Assembly (NCBI GenBank): GCA_963702005.1
Contig: OY969696.1
Location: 2,208,001 to 2,272,000, forward strand
DNA from: Candidatus Aminicenantes bacterium
Lineage (GTDB): Bacteria; Acidobacteriota; Aminicenantia; Aminicenantales; JAFGBC01
Direction of reading: 5' to 3'
Length of the DNA stretch: 64,000 nt
Shown: one piece after another, positions 51,774 to 60,916 of the stretch
Layout: each line of letters starts with the position of its first letter
Position numbering within the stretch: position 1 is the stretch's first letter
The notes under the pieces: generated by a model
Seen by the model: the letters and a program-made list of their open reading frames with translations, nothing else
The model's database searches: none
What the model was told of the DNA's origin: nothing
Program-made: the position numbers and the translations under genes

Positions 51774-53450
51774 CTACGGTCTCCGGGCCGATCCCTTTTC
51801 GCTCGTCAGGATGATGTCCTCATAGGACGAGATGTAGAAGATGGGGTTCTCGGCCGTGAACTCCTTGGTGAAGATTCCGCTCTGGACGATCCCGTCCATG
51901 TCCCGCCCGACCGGCAGGCCGAGGTAGTACAGAATGGTCGGCGCCAGGTCGACCAGCCGGACCCGCGCGACCGTATTCCTCTGGATGATCCCCCGCCCGT
52001 AAAAAAAGACGACGCCGTCGGGCGCGTCCTCGTGATCGGCCGACACGTCCGGGTTGCCCAGGATCCACTCCACGAACCGCTTCCAGAGGGGAAGGGGCTC
52101 GATGCCGTGGGAGGAGTAGACGACGAGAAGATCCTCGTCTTTGAGCCCGGCCAGGTACTTGCCGATGACCTGGTCGTAATAATGATAATAGCGGGGGATG
52201 ACCGAGCCGTAGCGGGTGATCTCCTCCTGGGCGATGCTCCCGTAGCGTTCGGGGACGCTGAACTTGAAGAAATAGGTCTCGACGATATTGAGGCCGTTGA
52301 GCCGCAGGGAGAACACCTGGGGCTGGCCGCGCGTTTTCTCGTCGAAGGCTTTTTCTTCGGCGGTCGCATCCTGGTCGAAGGATTGCCTGACGATCTTGAA
52401 CAGCTGGCTCTTGTCCGTTTCGAAATCCTTGAAAAAGAGGGCGAGCGATTTCTCGGTCCGGAACTCGGGGGGAACCGGCTCGGCGATCCGTGTCATCTGG
52501 ACGGGAGATTCCTTCTTGAAGGCGGTCACCCGGTTGTCGGAGAAGATCTGCCAGACGTCCTTGACGACCGGCCGGGGGTCGGCGGCGAGCACGGTCAGGA
52601 GTCCGACTCGGGTCAGCTGCTTGAAGAGCATGAAGCGGGGGACGACCTCGAGTTCGACCGGGCAGAACAGAAGGCGGTAGCGGGAGGGCGAGATCCGGCG
52701 GTGGCGGGAGGGGAGCTTGCCCGTGTCGAGCGACGTCCCCAGCACGATCGGCTCGTTCGGGGAGAAGTTCTCGAGCCGTCCCCAGCTGCCCTTGTCCAGG
52801 AGCCAGCTGAAGTTGGGCAGGGTCCCCTCAGGGATACGGGGGATGATGAAATCGAGGCTCAGGCCGTCGAGGCCGATCAGAATGACTTTCTTCTGAGCCT
52901 TCTTGATATCGAGGGTCATGGCCTGATGGCGGGGTGAAGGCTGCGGAAAGCGGGCTCTCTGGCCGATCGCATAAACGACCCCCCCGGCGAGGAGGACGGC
53001 ATAGACCAGGAAGAAGACGGCTTTCTTTCTATAATAATGATAGCCGTAGGTCAGGATGAGGCCGGCCGCTCCCAGCAGAAAAAAGACGAGCATCTGGCGG
53101 CGCAGGAGCGTTCGGGTCGTCAGGTCGAAGAAGGACAGGAAATATTTATAGTTCTCCCAGAATAAGACCAGAAAGAGGAGGATGAGGAGGGACGACCCCA
53201 AGGTCAGGAATGTCGGCGAGAAGAGGAGGCGGGCCCGTCGGCTGGCGAAGAATTGGAAGAAGAAGAAACAAAGGATGATGAGGACGGTCGCGGCCAGGCC
53301 GTAGCTGAGGCTCAGGAAGAGGACGATTCGGGCCAGAAGGTCCGGCCGGAACGGGATGTTGATGTTGAGGTTAAGGACGAGGAGAGCCAGCAGAAAGCAG
53401 AAGAACAGGCCGCAGACGAGGGAGTGGAGGAGGACGCGGATGAACCTCAT
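51774..53450 (-). CDS. Membrane-anchored alkaline phosphatase superfamily protein
   Basis: About 5 N-terminal TM helices; 'LIGLDGL', 'TGK', 'YSSHG', 'DLAPTILY'. Confidence 0.8.
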   Translation of the reverse strand: MRFIRVLLHSLVCGLFFCFLLALLVLNLNINIPFRPDLLARIVLFLSLSYGLAATVLIILCFFFFQFFASRRARLLFSPTFLTLGSSLLILLFLVLFWENYKYFLSFFDLTTRTLLRRQMLVFFLLGAAGLILTYGYHYYRKKAVFFLVYAVLLAGGVVYAIGQRARFPQPSPRHQAMTLDIKKAQKKVILIGLDGLSLDFIIPRIPEGTLPNFSWLLDKGSWGRLENFSPNEPIVLGTSLDTGKLPSRHRRISPSRYRLLFCPVELEVVPRFMLFKQLTRVGLLTVLAADPRPVVKDVWQIFSDNRVTAFKKESPVQMTRIAEPVPPEFRTEKSLALFFKDFETDKSQLFKIVRQSFDQDATAEEKAFDEKTRGQPQVFSLRLNGLNIVETYFFKFSVPERYGSIAQEEITRYGSVIPRYYHYYDQVIGKYLAGLKDEDLLVVYSSHGIEPLPLWKRFVEWILGNPDVSADHEDAPDGVVFFYGRGIIQRNTVARVRLVDLAPTILYYLGLPVGRDMDGIVQSGIFTKEFTAENPIFYISSYEDIILTSEKGSARRP

Positions 53451-53586
53451 GGCTTCGGAATCACATTAGCATGAATGGGGGGCTCAATCAACGCGGCGGC
53501 TGACAACCCGAAACGGGTTCGGCGATTATATCTATAGGCCGAACCCCCGTTTTGGGTTAGAATGAATTGCGGGAAGGACCAGGACT

Positions 53587-54387
53587 ATGAACCGGCCGCT
53601 GATCGCGCTCATGACCGATTTCGGGACGAAGGACTTCTTCGTCGCTTCCCTCAAGGCCGTCATCCTGTCCATCAATCCCGACGTCCCGATCGTAGACATC
53701 AGCCACGATTTGCCGCCCTTCGACATCAAGGCCGGAGGATTCGTCTTGTACGCCTGCGCTCGGCTTTTTCCGCCCGGGACGATTTTCGTCGCCATCGTCG
53801 ACCCGGGCGTGGGCTCGGGCCGTCCCGTGCTGCTCGTCAAGACCGATCGAGCTCATTTCATCGCTCCCGACAACGGACTCCTGAGCTTGGCCCTGGCCGA
53901 GGAAAAAGCCCTCGAGGTCCGCGAGATCACGAACCCCAAATTCGGATTGGCCGCCGTCAGCCGGACCTTCGAGGGTCGAGACAGGATGGCCCCGGCCGCC
54001 GCATGGCTCTCGCTCGGCGTCCCCGCCGCCGAATTCGGTCCGCGCCGGGATGATTATCGGAGGCTCACCTGGAAGCCTCCCGTCGTGGGCAAAGGCGAAA
54101 TCCGCGGCCGCGTTCTCTACGTCGACAAGTTCGGAAACCTCATCACGGATATCCCGGCCGGGGCGGTTGCCCGTCTGGAAGGGGCGAAGGGGTCGGGCAA
54201 GCTCAGGCTCCATGCCGCCGGACATTCCCTGCGGCGACTCGACGCCTACGCCTCGGCCGCCAAAGGGGACGCTTTCTTCCTCGAAGGCAGCCTGGGTCTT
54301 ATCGAAATCTCGGCCCGCGAAACCTCCGCCGCGAACAAGCTCAGACTCAAGGCCGGCGCCGCCGTCAGGATCACGGCCGGAACCTGA
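53587..54387 (+). CDS. SAM hydroxide adenosyltransferase / SAM-dependent halogenase family (DUF62)
   Basis: 'LMTDFG', 'VDPGVG', 'APDNG', 'TFEGRD', 'VDKFGNL'. Confidence 0.9.
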   Translation: MNRPLIALMTDFGTKDFFVASLKAVILSINPDVPIVDISHDLPPFDIKAGGFVLYACARLFPPGTIFVAIVDPGVGSGRPVLLVKTDRAHFIAPDNGLLSLALAEEKALEVREITNPKFGLAAVSRTFEGRDRMAPAAAWLSLGVPAAEFGPRRDDYRRLTWKPPVVGKGEIRGRVLYVDKFGNLITDIPAGAVARLEGAKGSGKLRLHAAGHSLRRLDAYASAAKGDAFFLEGSLGLIEISARETSAANKLRLKAGAAVRITAGT

Positions 54388-54392
54388 AGCCG

Positions 54393-56579
54393 ATGGCATC
54401 CGAAGAGCAGCTCGAAGGAACGGTCGAGGAGATCGTCTATTACAACCCCGATGACGGCTATACCGTCTGCCGGTTTGTGCCGGAGAGCGGAGAGTCCCTG
54501 ACCCTGGTCGGCCTGTTTCCGCCCCTTTCTCCCGGTGAAACTCTCAAGGTCAAGGGCGGCTGGGAGCTCAATCCCAAGTTCGGCCGGCAGTTTCGCGTTT
54601 CGTCCTTCAGCACGATTCTGCCCTCCTCCGTCAAGGGGATCGAGCGCTTCCTCGGATCCGGCCTCATCAAAGGGATCGGCCCCGTCCTGGCCCGCCGCAT
54701 CATCAAAGCCTTCGGACCGGGCACGATCGAAATCCTGTCCAAGGAACCGGGCCGGATGGCCGAGGTCCCGGGCGTGGGGCCGGCCAAGCTCAGGGAGATC
54801 AAGAAGTCCTGGGCCGAACACAAAGATATCCGCGACCTCATCATCTTCCTCCAGGAGCATGAAGTCTCGACGAGCCTCGCCACCAAGATCTACCGCCAGT
54901 ACGGCGAGCGTTCCTTCCAGGTCCTCCGCTCCAATCCCTACCAGCTCTGTCTTGATATCTGGGGGGTCGGGTTCAAGACGGCCGACCAAATCGCCCTCAA
55001 GCTCGGGACCGACCCGGCCTCGCCGGAGCGGGTCAAGGCCTTCATCCTCTACCTCCTCGAAAAGGACAACGAACAGGGCCATGTCTTCTCGATCAGGGAG
55101 GAGGTCGTCGCGTCCTGCGTCAAGGATCTGGGAGTCGGCGAGGATCTCGTCCGCCGCGCCCTGGACGGGCTGGAGGCCGAGCGACGGGTTGTGACCGAGC
55201 CGCTGGCCGCAGGGTCGGCCCTCTATCTTCCTTTCTTTTATCAAGCCCAGGAGGAGGTCGTCCGCATCCTCCATGATCTCGGCGGCCGGCCCTGCCCGGC
55301 TCCGGACTTCGACTTGGCGGCGGCCCTGGCCGAGGCCGAGCGGGACCTCGGCCTCACCTTCTCGCCGATGCAGAAGACGGCCGTCACGAGCGCCCTGGGA
55401 AAGAAGATCCTGGTCATCACGGGCGGACCGGGAACGGGCAAGACGACCATCATCAAAGCCGTCGTCGATATTTTCGGCCGCTGGGGGAAGACCGTCCTCC
55501 TGGCGGCGCCGACCGGCCGGGCCGCCAAGCGCCTGTCCGAGACGACCGGGGGAGAAGCTAAGACCATCCACCGCACCCTCGAGGTCCGGCCCAAGCAGGG
55601 CGACTTCCGCCGCAACGAGCGGAACCCTCTCAAGGGCGACGCCCTGATCGTGGACGAGTTCTCGATGGTCGACCTTTCCCTCCTTTACCACCTCCTGAAG
55701 GCCGTCCCGCCCTGGATGAGACTCGTCTTCGTCGGGGACCAGGACCAGCTCCCCTCGGTCGGCCCGGGCTGCCTCCTCAGAGACATCATAGACTCGGGCC
55801 GGGTCGAGGTCGTCCGCCTCGACGAGATCTTCCGCCAGGAGCGGGACAGCCTGATCGTCGTCAACGCCCACCGCATCAACCAGGGCCAGGGCCTGATCTA
55901 TCCGCCGCGCGGGGCCGAGGACGCCGACTTCTACTTCATCAGGCGCGATGACGAGGCCAAGGCCTTTTCGACCATCCTCCAAGTCTGCGGCTGGCGCATC
56001 CCGAGCCGCTTCGGCCTGAGCCCGCTCTCCACCCAGATCCAGGTCATCAGTCCGATGTACAAGGGCCTGGTCGGCGTCGACAACCTCAACCGGGAACTCC
56101 AGGCGCGGCTCAACCGCCGCGAGGACGGCCTCAAGGTCGGGACCCGGGAGTTCCGGCTCCGGGACAAGGTCATGCAGGTCCGGAACGACTACGAGAAAGA
56201 GGTCTTCAACGGCGACATCGGCGTCGTCGCCCATATCGACCGCTCCCGCTATCGGCTCATCGTCGAGTACGACGGCCGGGCCGTGCCCTACGAGAAGGAC
56301 GAGCTCAACGACCTCGTCCTGGCCTACGCCGTCTCGGTCCACAAGGCCCAGGGGAGCGAATACCAGGCCGTCGTCATGCCCCTCATGACCCAACACTTCA
56401 TCATGCTCCAGAGGAACCTGTTCTACACGGCCCTGACCCGGGCCAAGAAGCTCAGCATCATCGTCGGTTCCTTCAAGGCTCTCTACATCGCCATCAAGAA
56501 CGACAAGCCCGTCAAGCGGAACTGTCTGGTCAAGGACAAGCTCATCCGACTCGGGGGGGACGGCCTCTCCGGCGTTTGA
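54393..56579 (+). CDS. recD2: ATP-dependent RecD2-like helicase
   Basis: HhH region, GGPGTGKT, 'APTGRAA', 'DEFSM', 'HKAQGSE', 'YTALTR'. Confidence 0.93.
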   Translation: MASEEQLEGTVEEIVYYNPDDGYTVCRFVPESGESLTLVGLFPPLSPGETLKVKGGWELNPKFGRQFRVSSFSTILPSSVKGIERFLGSGLIKGIGPVLARRIIKAFGPGTIEILSKEPGRMAEVPGVGPAKLREIKKSWAEHKDIRDLIIFLQEHEVSTSLATKIYRQYGERSFQVLRSNPYQLCLDIWGVGFKTADQIALKLGTDPASPERVKAFILYLLEKDNEQGHVFSIREEVVASCVKDLGVGEDLVRRALDGLEAERRVVTEPLAAGSALYLPFFYQAQEEVVRILHDLGGRPCPAPDFDLAAALAEAERDLGLTFSPMQKTAVTSALGKKILVITGGPGTGKTTIIKAVVDIFGRWGKTVLLAAPTGRAAKRLSETTGGEAKTIHRTLEVRPKQGDFRRNERNPLKGDALIVDEFSMVDLSLLYHLLKAVPPWMRLVFVGDQDQLPSVGPGCLLRDIIDSGRVEVVRLDEIFRQERDSLIVVNAHRINQGQGLIYPPRGAEDADFYFIRRDDEAKAFSTILQVCGWRIPSRFGLSPLSTQIQVISPMYKGLVGVDNLNRELQARLNRREDGLKVGTREFRLRDKVMQVRNDYEKEVFNGDIGVVAHIDRSRYRLIVEYDGRAVPYEKDELNDLVLAYAVSVHKAQGSEYQAVVMPLMTQHFIMLQRNLFYTALTRAKKLSIIVGSFKALYIAIKNDKPVKRNCLVKDKLIRLGGDGLSGV

Positions 56580-56605
56580 CATTATTTCCGCCTTTTACCT
56601 AAGAT
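56576..56605 (+). promoter_or_regulatory. Sigma70-type promoter of the SH3-M48-cyclase operon
   Basis: TTGACA-18-TAAGAT overlapping the recD2 stop codon. Confidence 0.55.
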
Positions 56606-56620
56606 GGAGGAAAGACGATC

Positions 56621-57118
56621 ATGGAGGTTCCGATGAGAAAGCCGCTCCGGCCGGCCGCGGTCGCCGTCATCTGTGCCCTCTGCGCCGTCCTGCTCCTTGC
56701 CGAGACCGTCGTGGTCAAGATCCAGTCGACGGTGCTCAGGAAGGAGCCCAAGTTCTATGCCCAGACCCTGGTCAACCTGAAGGCCGGGGAGAAGCTCGAG
56801 AAGCTCGCCTCCCAGGAAGGCTGGCTCCAGGTCCGGACCGCCAGCGGGGCGGTCGGCTGGGTCCATGGAAGCGCCGTCGAATCGAAATCGTTCGGCCTGC
56901 TGGCCATGGACAAGTCGATGAAGACCCAAGCCTCTGCGAGCGAGGTCGCCCTGGCCGGGAAAGGATTCAACAAGCAGGTCGAGGAGAGCTACCGGGCCAA
57001 GCACGGAAACGTCTCCTTCGTCTGGGTCGACAAAATGGTCCAGATTAAGGTCCCCGCCGCGGAGCTCGAGAAATTCCTCAAGAGCGGGAAGCTCGGAGAG
57101 TTCGGAGGCGGCAAGTGA
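56621..57118 (+). CDS. Secreted bacterial SH3-domain protein
   Basis: Signal peptide, 'LRKEP...GWLQVR...GWV', 'ALAGKGF' tail. Confidence 0.8.
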   Translation: MEVPMRKPLRPAAVAVICALCAVLLLAETVVVKIQSTVLRKEPKFYAQTLVNLKAGEKLEKLASQEGWLQVRTASGAVGWVHGSAVESKSFGLLAMDKSMKTQASASEVALAGKGFNKQVEESYRAKHGNVSFVWVDKMVQIKVPAAELEKFLKSGKLGEFGGGK

Positions 57119-58008
57119 AAGCGCCCCGGCTCTTAATCCCCGGCTTAGCCGTCGGCCTCGCCCTCCTGGCCGCCTCTGCTTGCGAGACGCTCCAGAAGGG
57201 CGCCGACGTCTTCGACGCCCAGTCCTCCAAGGCCCGGTCGGTGGCCAAAACCGCCAAGCAGATCCGCTCGACCTTCGCCGACATCAGCGAAGAGGAGGAG
57301 TACTACATCGGGCGGTCCGTGGCCGCCTTGATCCTCTCCCGCTACGACGTTTACAACAACGAAGGGCTGACCCGCTACCTCAATGCGGTCGGAAGCGCCG
57401 TGGCCGCGTATTCGGACCGGCCCGAGACCTATGCCGGCTATCACTTCCTGGCCCTGGACACGGACGAGGTCAACGCCCTGGCCGCCCCGAGCGGATTCAT
57501 CTTCCTGACCCGCGGCCTCCTCAAGCGCTGTAAGGACGAGGACACCCTGGCCGACATCATCGCCCACGAGATCGGCCACGTCTGCGCCAAGCACGGCCTC
57601 CAGTCCATCCAGAAATCGCGCCTGATCGACGCTTTCAAGCTTCTCGGCGAGCAGGCCGCCCAGAAGTACGGCCCCCAGGAGCTGGCCCAGCTGACGGGCA
57701 TCTTCGAAAACGTCCTGGGCGACATCAGCGAGAAGCTCATCGAGCGCGGCTACGACCGCAAGTACGAGTATGAGGCCGATGAGCTGGCCGCCAAGTTCGC
57801 GGCCCGGATGCGCTACGACGGCAAAGGCCTGGTCGATTTCCTCGAGACCATGGTCCAGAGCACCGCGGGCGGGGCGGACAAAGGCTGGTTCAAGACCCAT
57901 CCCAGCCCTCAGGACCGGATCGACCGCCTCCAGGGCGTGTTCAAGACCTTCAAGCGTGAAGCGGCCCGGACCGAGCGATTCAAGGCGAGCTTTAAAGGGT
58001 TGAAGTGA
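57115..58008 (+). CDS. M48-family Zn metalloprotease (lipoprotein)
   Basis: Lipobox ASA-C, 'NALAAPSG', HEIGH, 'EYEAD', 'THP'. Confidence 0.9.
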   Translation: MKAPRLLIPGLAVGLALLAASACETLQKGADVFDAQSSKARSVAKTAKQIRSTFADISEEEEYYIGRSVAALILSRYDVYNNEGLTRYLNAVGSAVAAYSDRPETYAGYHFLALDTDEVNALAAPSGFIFLTRGLLKRCKDEDTLADIIAHEIGHVCAKHGLQSIQKSRLIDAFKLLGEQAAQKYGPQELAQLTGIFENVLGDISEKLIERGYDRKYEYEADELAAKFAARMRYDGKGLVDFLETMVQSTAGGADKGWFKTHPSPQDRIDRLQGVFKTFKREAARTERFKASFKGLK

Positions 58009-60089
58009 GGATCGGAAGGGGCGTCCTGGTCGGGCTGGCGGCCGGCCTGGCCGCGCTGCTTATCCTCGGCCTCCAGGTCTTCAGGCCCCTCGAATGGAAA
58101 TCCTGGGATGCACGGCTGCGGCTCCTGGCCGCCCCGGCCGCCGCGGACAAAGACATCGCCATTATCCTCATCGACCAAGCGAGCCTCGACGTCTATGAGA
58201 AGGAACAATCCCTTTCCTGGCCCTGGCCGCGCCAGATGTATTCGGCCCTTTTGCGTTTCCTCAAAACAGGCGGCGCCCGGGCCGTCGCCTTCGACCTGGT
58301 CCTGAGCGAGGCGTCCTATATGGGCGTCGAGGATGATGCGGACCTGGCCCGGGCCATGAAGGAATCGGGGAACGTCTTGCTGGCTTTCTTCCTGAGCGGC
58401 GAGGCGAGCGACTCCGACCAGTCCTCCTCGGACCTCCTGAAACGATTCGCCCTCCAGGGCGAGTCGGCGCCGGCCCGAGCCGTCCTGCCGCTCGCTTCGG
58501 CCGCGCTCCCGGTCGACGCCCTTTTAGCAGCCGCGGCCGGAGCGGGCAACGTCCGTTTCAATCCTGATGCGGACCAAATCTACCGCCGCATGCCGCTCGC
58601 ATTCTCGGTCCAGGGGCGGGTCTATCCTTCGCTTCCCCTCGCCATTTCACGGTATCTGACGAGAGGACCTGCCCTGGATGCCGTTCCGATCGATCCTTCG
58701 GGCCAGTTTGTCATCCGCTATCATGGCCCGGCCGGAACCTATAAGACCTACTCGATCGGGTCCCTCATCAACTCCCAAGCGCAGATCGAGGCCGGCCGGG
58801 AGCCCCAGGTCAAGCCTTCGGAATTCGCGGGCAAGGTCGTCCTGCTCGGGACGGGAGCGCCCGGCTTGTTCGACCTCCACCCCGCGCCGTTTTCCACGGT
58901 CTATCCCGGTGTCGAGATCAACGCGACGGTCGTCGACAGCCTCATCCATCGGAATTTCGTAAGGCTGCCCGCCCGTGGTGCGGTCGCGGCGCTCATCCTC
59001 GGATTGGCGCTGGCGACCGCCGCCGGCATTTCGCTCCTCAGGAAGGTCTGGGCCCAGGCCATCCTCTTCGTCCTGGCGGCCGCGCTCCCGGTCGCCGCGG
59101 CGCTCCTCGCTTTCCGGAAAGGCTTCTGGCTTGAATTCGTCGCGCCCGAGCTCGCGGTCCTGCTGAGCTTCCTGGGGGCCGCCCTCCTCAACTACAGCGT
59201 CGAGGGACGCCAGCGGCGTTTCATCAAGAACGCCTTTCGATATTACCTGAGTCCCGAGGTCATCGAACGGGTTCTCGAAAACCCGTCCCTTCTCCGGCTG
59301 GGCGGGGAGAAGCGCGAGATCACGTCCTTCTTCTCGGATATTGCCGGGTTCACGGCCGTTGCCGAAGGGCTGGCGCCCGACCGGCTGGTCGCTCTCCTCA
59401 ACGAATACTTGACCGAAATGACGGACATCATCCTCGGCTCGGGAGGAACCCTCGATAAGTACGTGGGCGATGCCATCGTCGCCTTCTGGAATGCGCCCCT
59501 CGACCAACCCGATCACGCCCTGCGGGCCTGCCGGGCGGCCTTGCTCTGCCGGTCCCGGCTCGCGTCTCTCCAGCCCTCCTTCGGGGAGCACTACGGGCAC
59601 GGAATCGCGATGCGGATCGGGCTCAATTCCGGGCCGGCCGTCGTCGGGAATATGGGATCGTCCCGCCGCTTCGACTTCACGGCCATGGGCGATACCGTCA
59701 ACCTGGCCTCCCGCCTCGAGGGGGCCTGCAAGCCGTTCGGAATCTCCCTTCTTGTCGGCGAAGAGACTTATCTCCGCGTCCGGGGAACGCTGGCGGCGCG
59801 CGAAGTCGACCTCATCCGCGTCGTCGGAAAGACGCGGCCCGTCCGCGCCTACGAGATTCTCGGCGAAAGCGGCGCGGAGACGGCCGGCGAGGCGGAAAGG
59901 CTCGTGGCCTATCAAACGGCCCTCGAGGCCTACCGCGCCCGGGATTGGCAGAAAGCGGCCGCCTTGTTCTCGGTTCCGGCCAAGGCCGGGGATCCGGTCT
60001 CCGGCCTCTACCTGCGTCGCTGCCGGGAGCTTGCGGCCGCGCCGCCCCCTGTTGACTGGGATGGGGTCTTTGAGCTTAAAATCAAATAA
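58005..60089 (+). CDS. CHASE2-domain class III adenylate cyclase
   Basis: 'WPWPR', CHASE2 domain, 3 TM helices, 'FSDIAGFT', 'DKYVGDA', 'GDTVNLASRLEG'. Confidence 0.93.
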   Translation: MRIGRGVLVGLAAGLAALLILGLQVFRPLEWKSWDARLRLLAAPAAADKDIAIILIDQASLDVYEKEQSLSWPWPRQMYSALLRFLKTGGARAVAFDLVLSEASYMGVEDDADLARAMKESGNVLLAFFLSGEASDSDQSSSDLLKRFALQGESAPARAVLPLASAALPVDALLAAAAGAGNVRFNPDADQIYRRMPLAFSVQGRVYPSLPLAISRYLTRGPALDAVPIDPSGQFVIRYHGPAGTYKTYSIGSLINSQAQIEAGREPQVKPSEFAGKVVLLGTGAPGLFDLHPAPFSTVYPGVEINATVVDSLIHRNFVRLPARGAVAALILGLALATAAGISLLRKVWAQAILFVLAAALPVAAALLAFRKGFWLEFVAPELAVLLSFLGAALLNYSVEGRQRRFIKNAFRYYLSPEVIERVLENPSLLRLGGEKREITSFFSDIAGFTAVAEGLAPDRLVALLNEYLTEMTDIILGSGGTLDKYVGDAIVAFWNAPLDQPDHALRACRAALLCRSRLASLQPSFGEHYGHGIAMRIGLNSGPAVVGNMGSSRRFDFTAMGDTVNLASRLEGACKPFGISLLVGEETYLRVRGTLAAREVDLIRVVGKTRPVRAYEILGESGAETAGEAERLVAYQTALEAYRARDWQKAAALFSVPAKAGDPVSGLYLRRCRELAAAPPPVDWDGVFELKIK

Positions 60090-60100
60090 GGATTTCTTCC

Positions 60101-60916
60101 ATGGACATTGAATTCTGGGGCGTCAGAGGAACGGTGCCGGTGTCGTCGCCGCAGACGATGAAATACGGCGGCGCGACCATCTGCGCGTCGGTCCGCTCGG
60201 CCGGCGGGGACATCATCATCATCGATGCCGGGACGGGGTTCAAGCCTCTCGGCGACAGCCTGGTCCGAGAACGGAAGGGACCGCTCAAGCTCCATCTCCT
60301 GCTGACGCATTTCCATCTCGACCACATCATGGGATTCCCGTTCTTCGCCCCCCTCTGGGACAAGGACGTCGAACTCATCATCCACGCTCCCGCGCCGACG
60401 GCGGACACGGAAGGAGCTCTGGCCGGGCTCATGGGAGGACGCTATTTCCCCCTCAGCCTCGCCAGCACGACCGCCGCCAAGTCCTTCCGGACCGTACCGG
60501 CGGGCTCGTTCGCCATCGGGGACTTCCGGGTCTCGGCCTGCCAGCTCCGCCATCCCCAAGGGAGCGTCGCCTACAAGATCGAGGAGGCGGTTCGCAAGAT
60601 CGTGTTCGCGACCGACACCGAGCATCCCGAGCTGGGGATCGACCAAAGACTGCGCGATTTCTGCCGGGGGGCGGATTTGCTCATCTACGACGCGACCTTC
60701 ACGCCCGAGGAATACGCGGCGGGGAAGAAGGGTTGGGGCCACAGTACCTGGCAGGCGGGGGCTAAGCTCGCCAAAGAGGCGGGCGTCAAAAAGCTGCTGC
60801 TGTCTCATCTCAATCCCGATCACAGCGACGCCCGAGTCGATATGATCGTCGGCCTCGCCAAATGGGAATTCCCCTCCGTCGAGGCCGTCCGGTCCGGCTG
60901 GAGAAGGACCTTGTGA
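60101..60916 (+). CDS. MBL-fold metallohydrolase (putative cyclic-nucleotide phosphodiesterase)
   Basis: 'WGVRGT', 'DAGTG', THFHLDH, 'TDTE', 'GHST'. Confidence 0.85.
   Translation: MDIEFWGVRGTVPVSSPQTMKYGGATICASVRSAGGDIIIIDAGTGFKPLGDSLVRERKGPLKLHLLLTHFHLDHIMGFPFFAPLWDKDVELIIHAPAPTADTEGALAGLMGGRYFPLSLASTTAAKSFRTVPAGSFAIGDFRVSACQLRHPQGSVAYKIEEAVRKIVFATDTEHPELGIDQRLRDFCRGADLLIYDATFTPEEYAAGKKGWGHSTWQAGAKLAKEAGVKKLLLSHLNPDHSDARVDMIVGLAKWEFPSVEAVRSGWRRTL

Noticed and set aside
53587-54387. Fluorinase/chlorinase (halometabolite pathway)
   Set aside because: No biosynthetic context; the widespread DUF62 SAM hydrolase is the more parsimonious call.
54246-56582. Long antisense ORFs (e.g. 778 aa opposite recD2, 680 aa at 29571-31613, 609 aa at 46286-48115, 518 aa at 4998-6554)
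   Set aside because: These are shadow ORFs expected from high GC3 codon bias. They lie opposite clearly recognisable genes and show no motifs.
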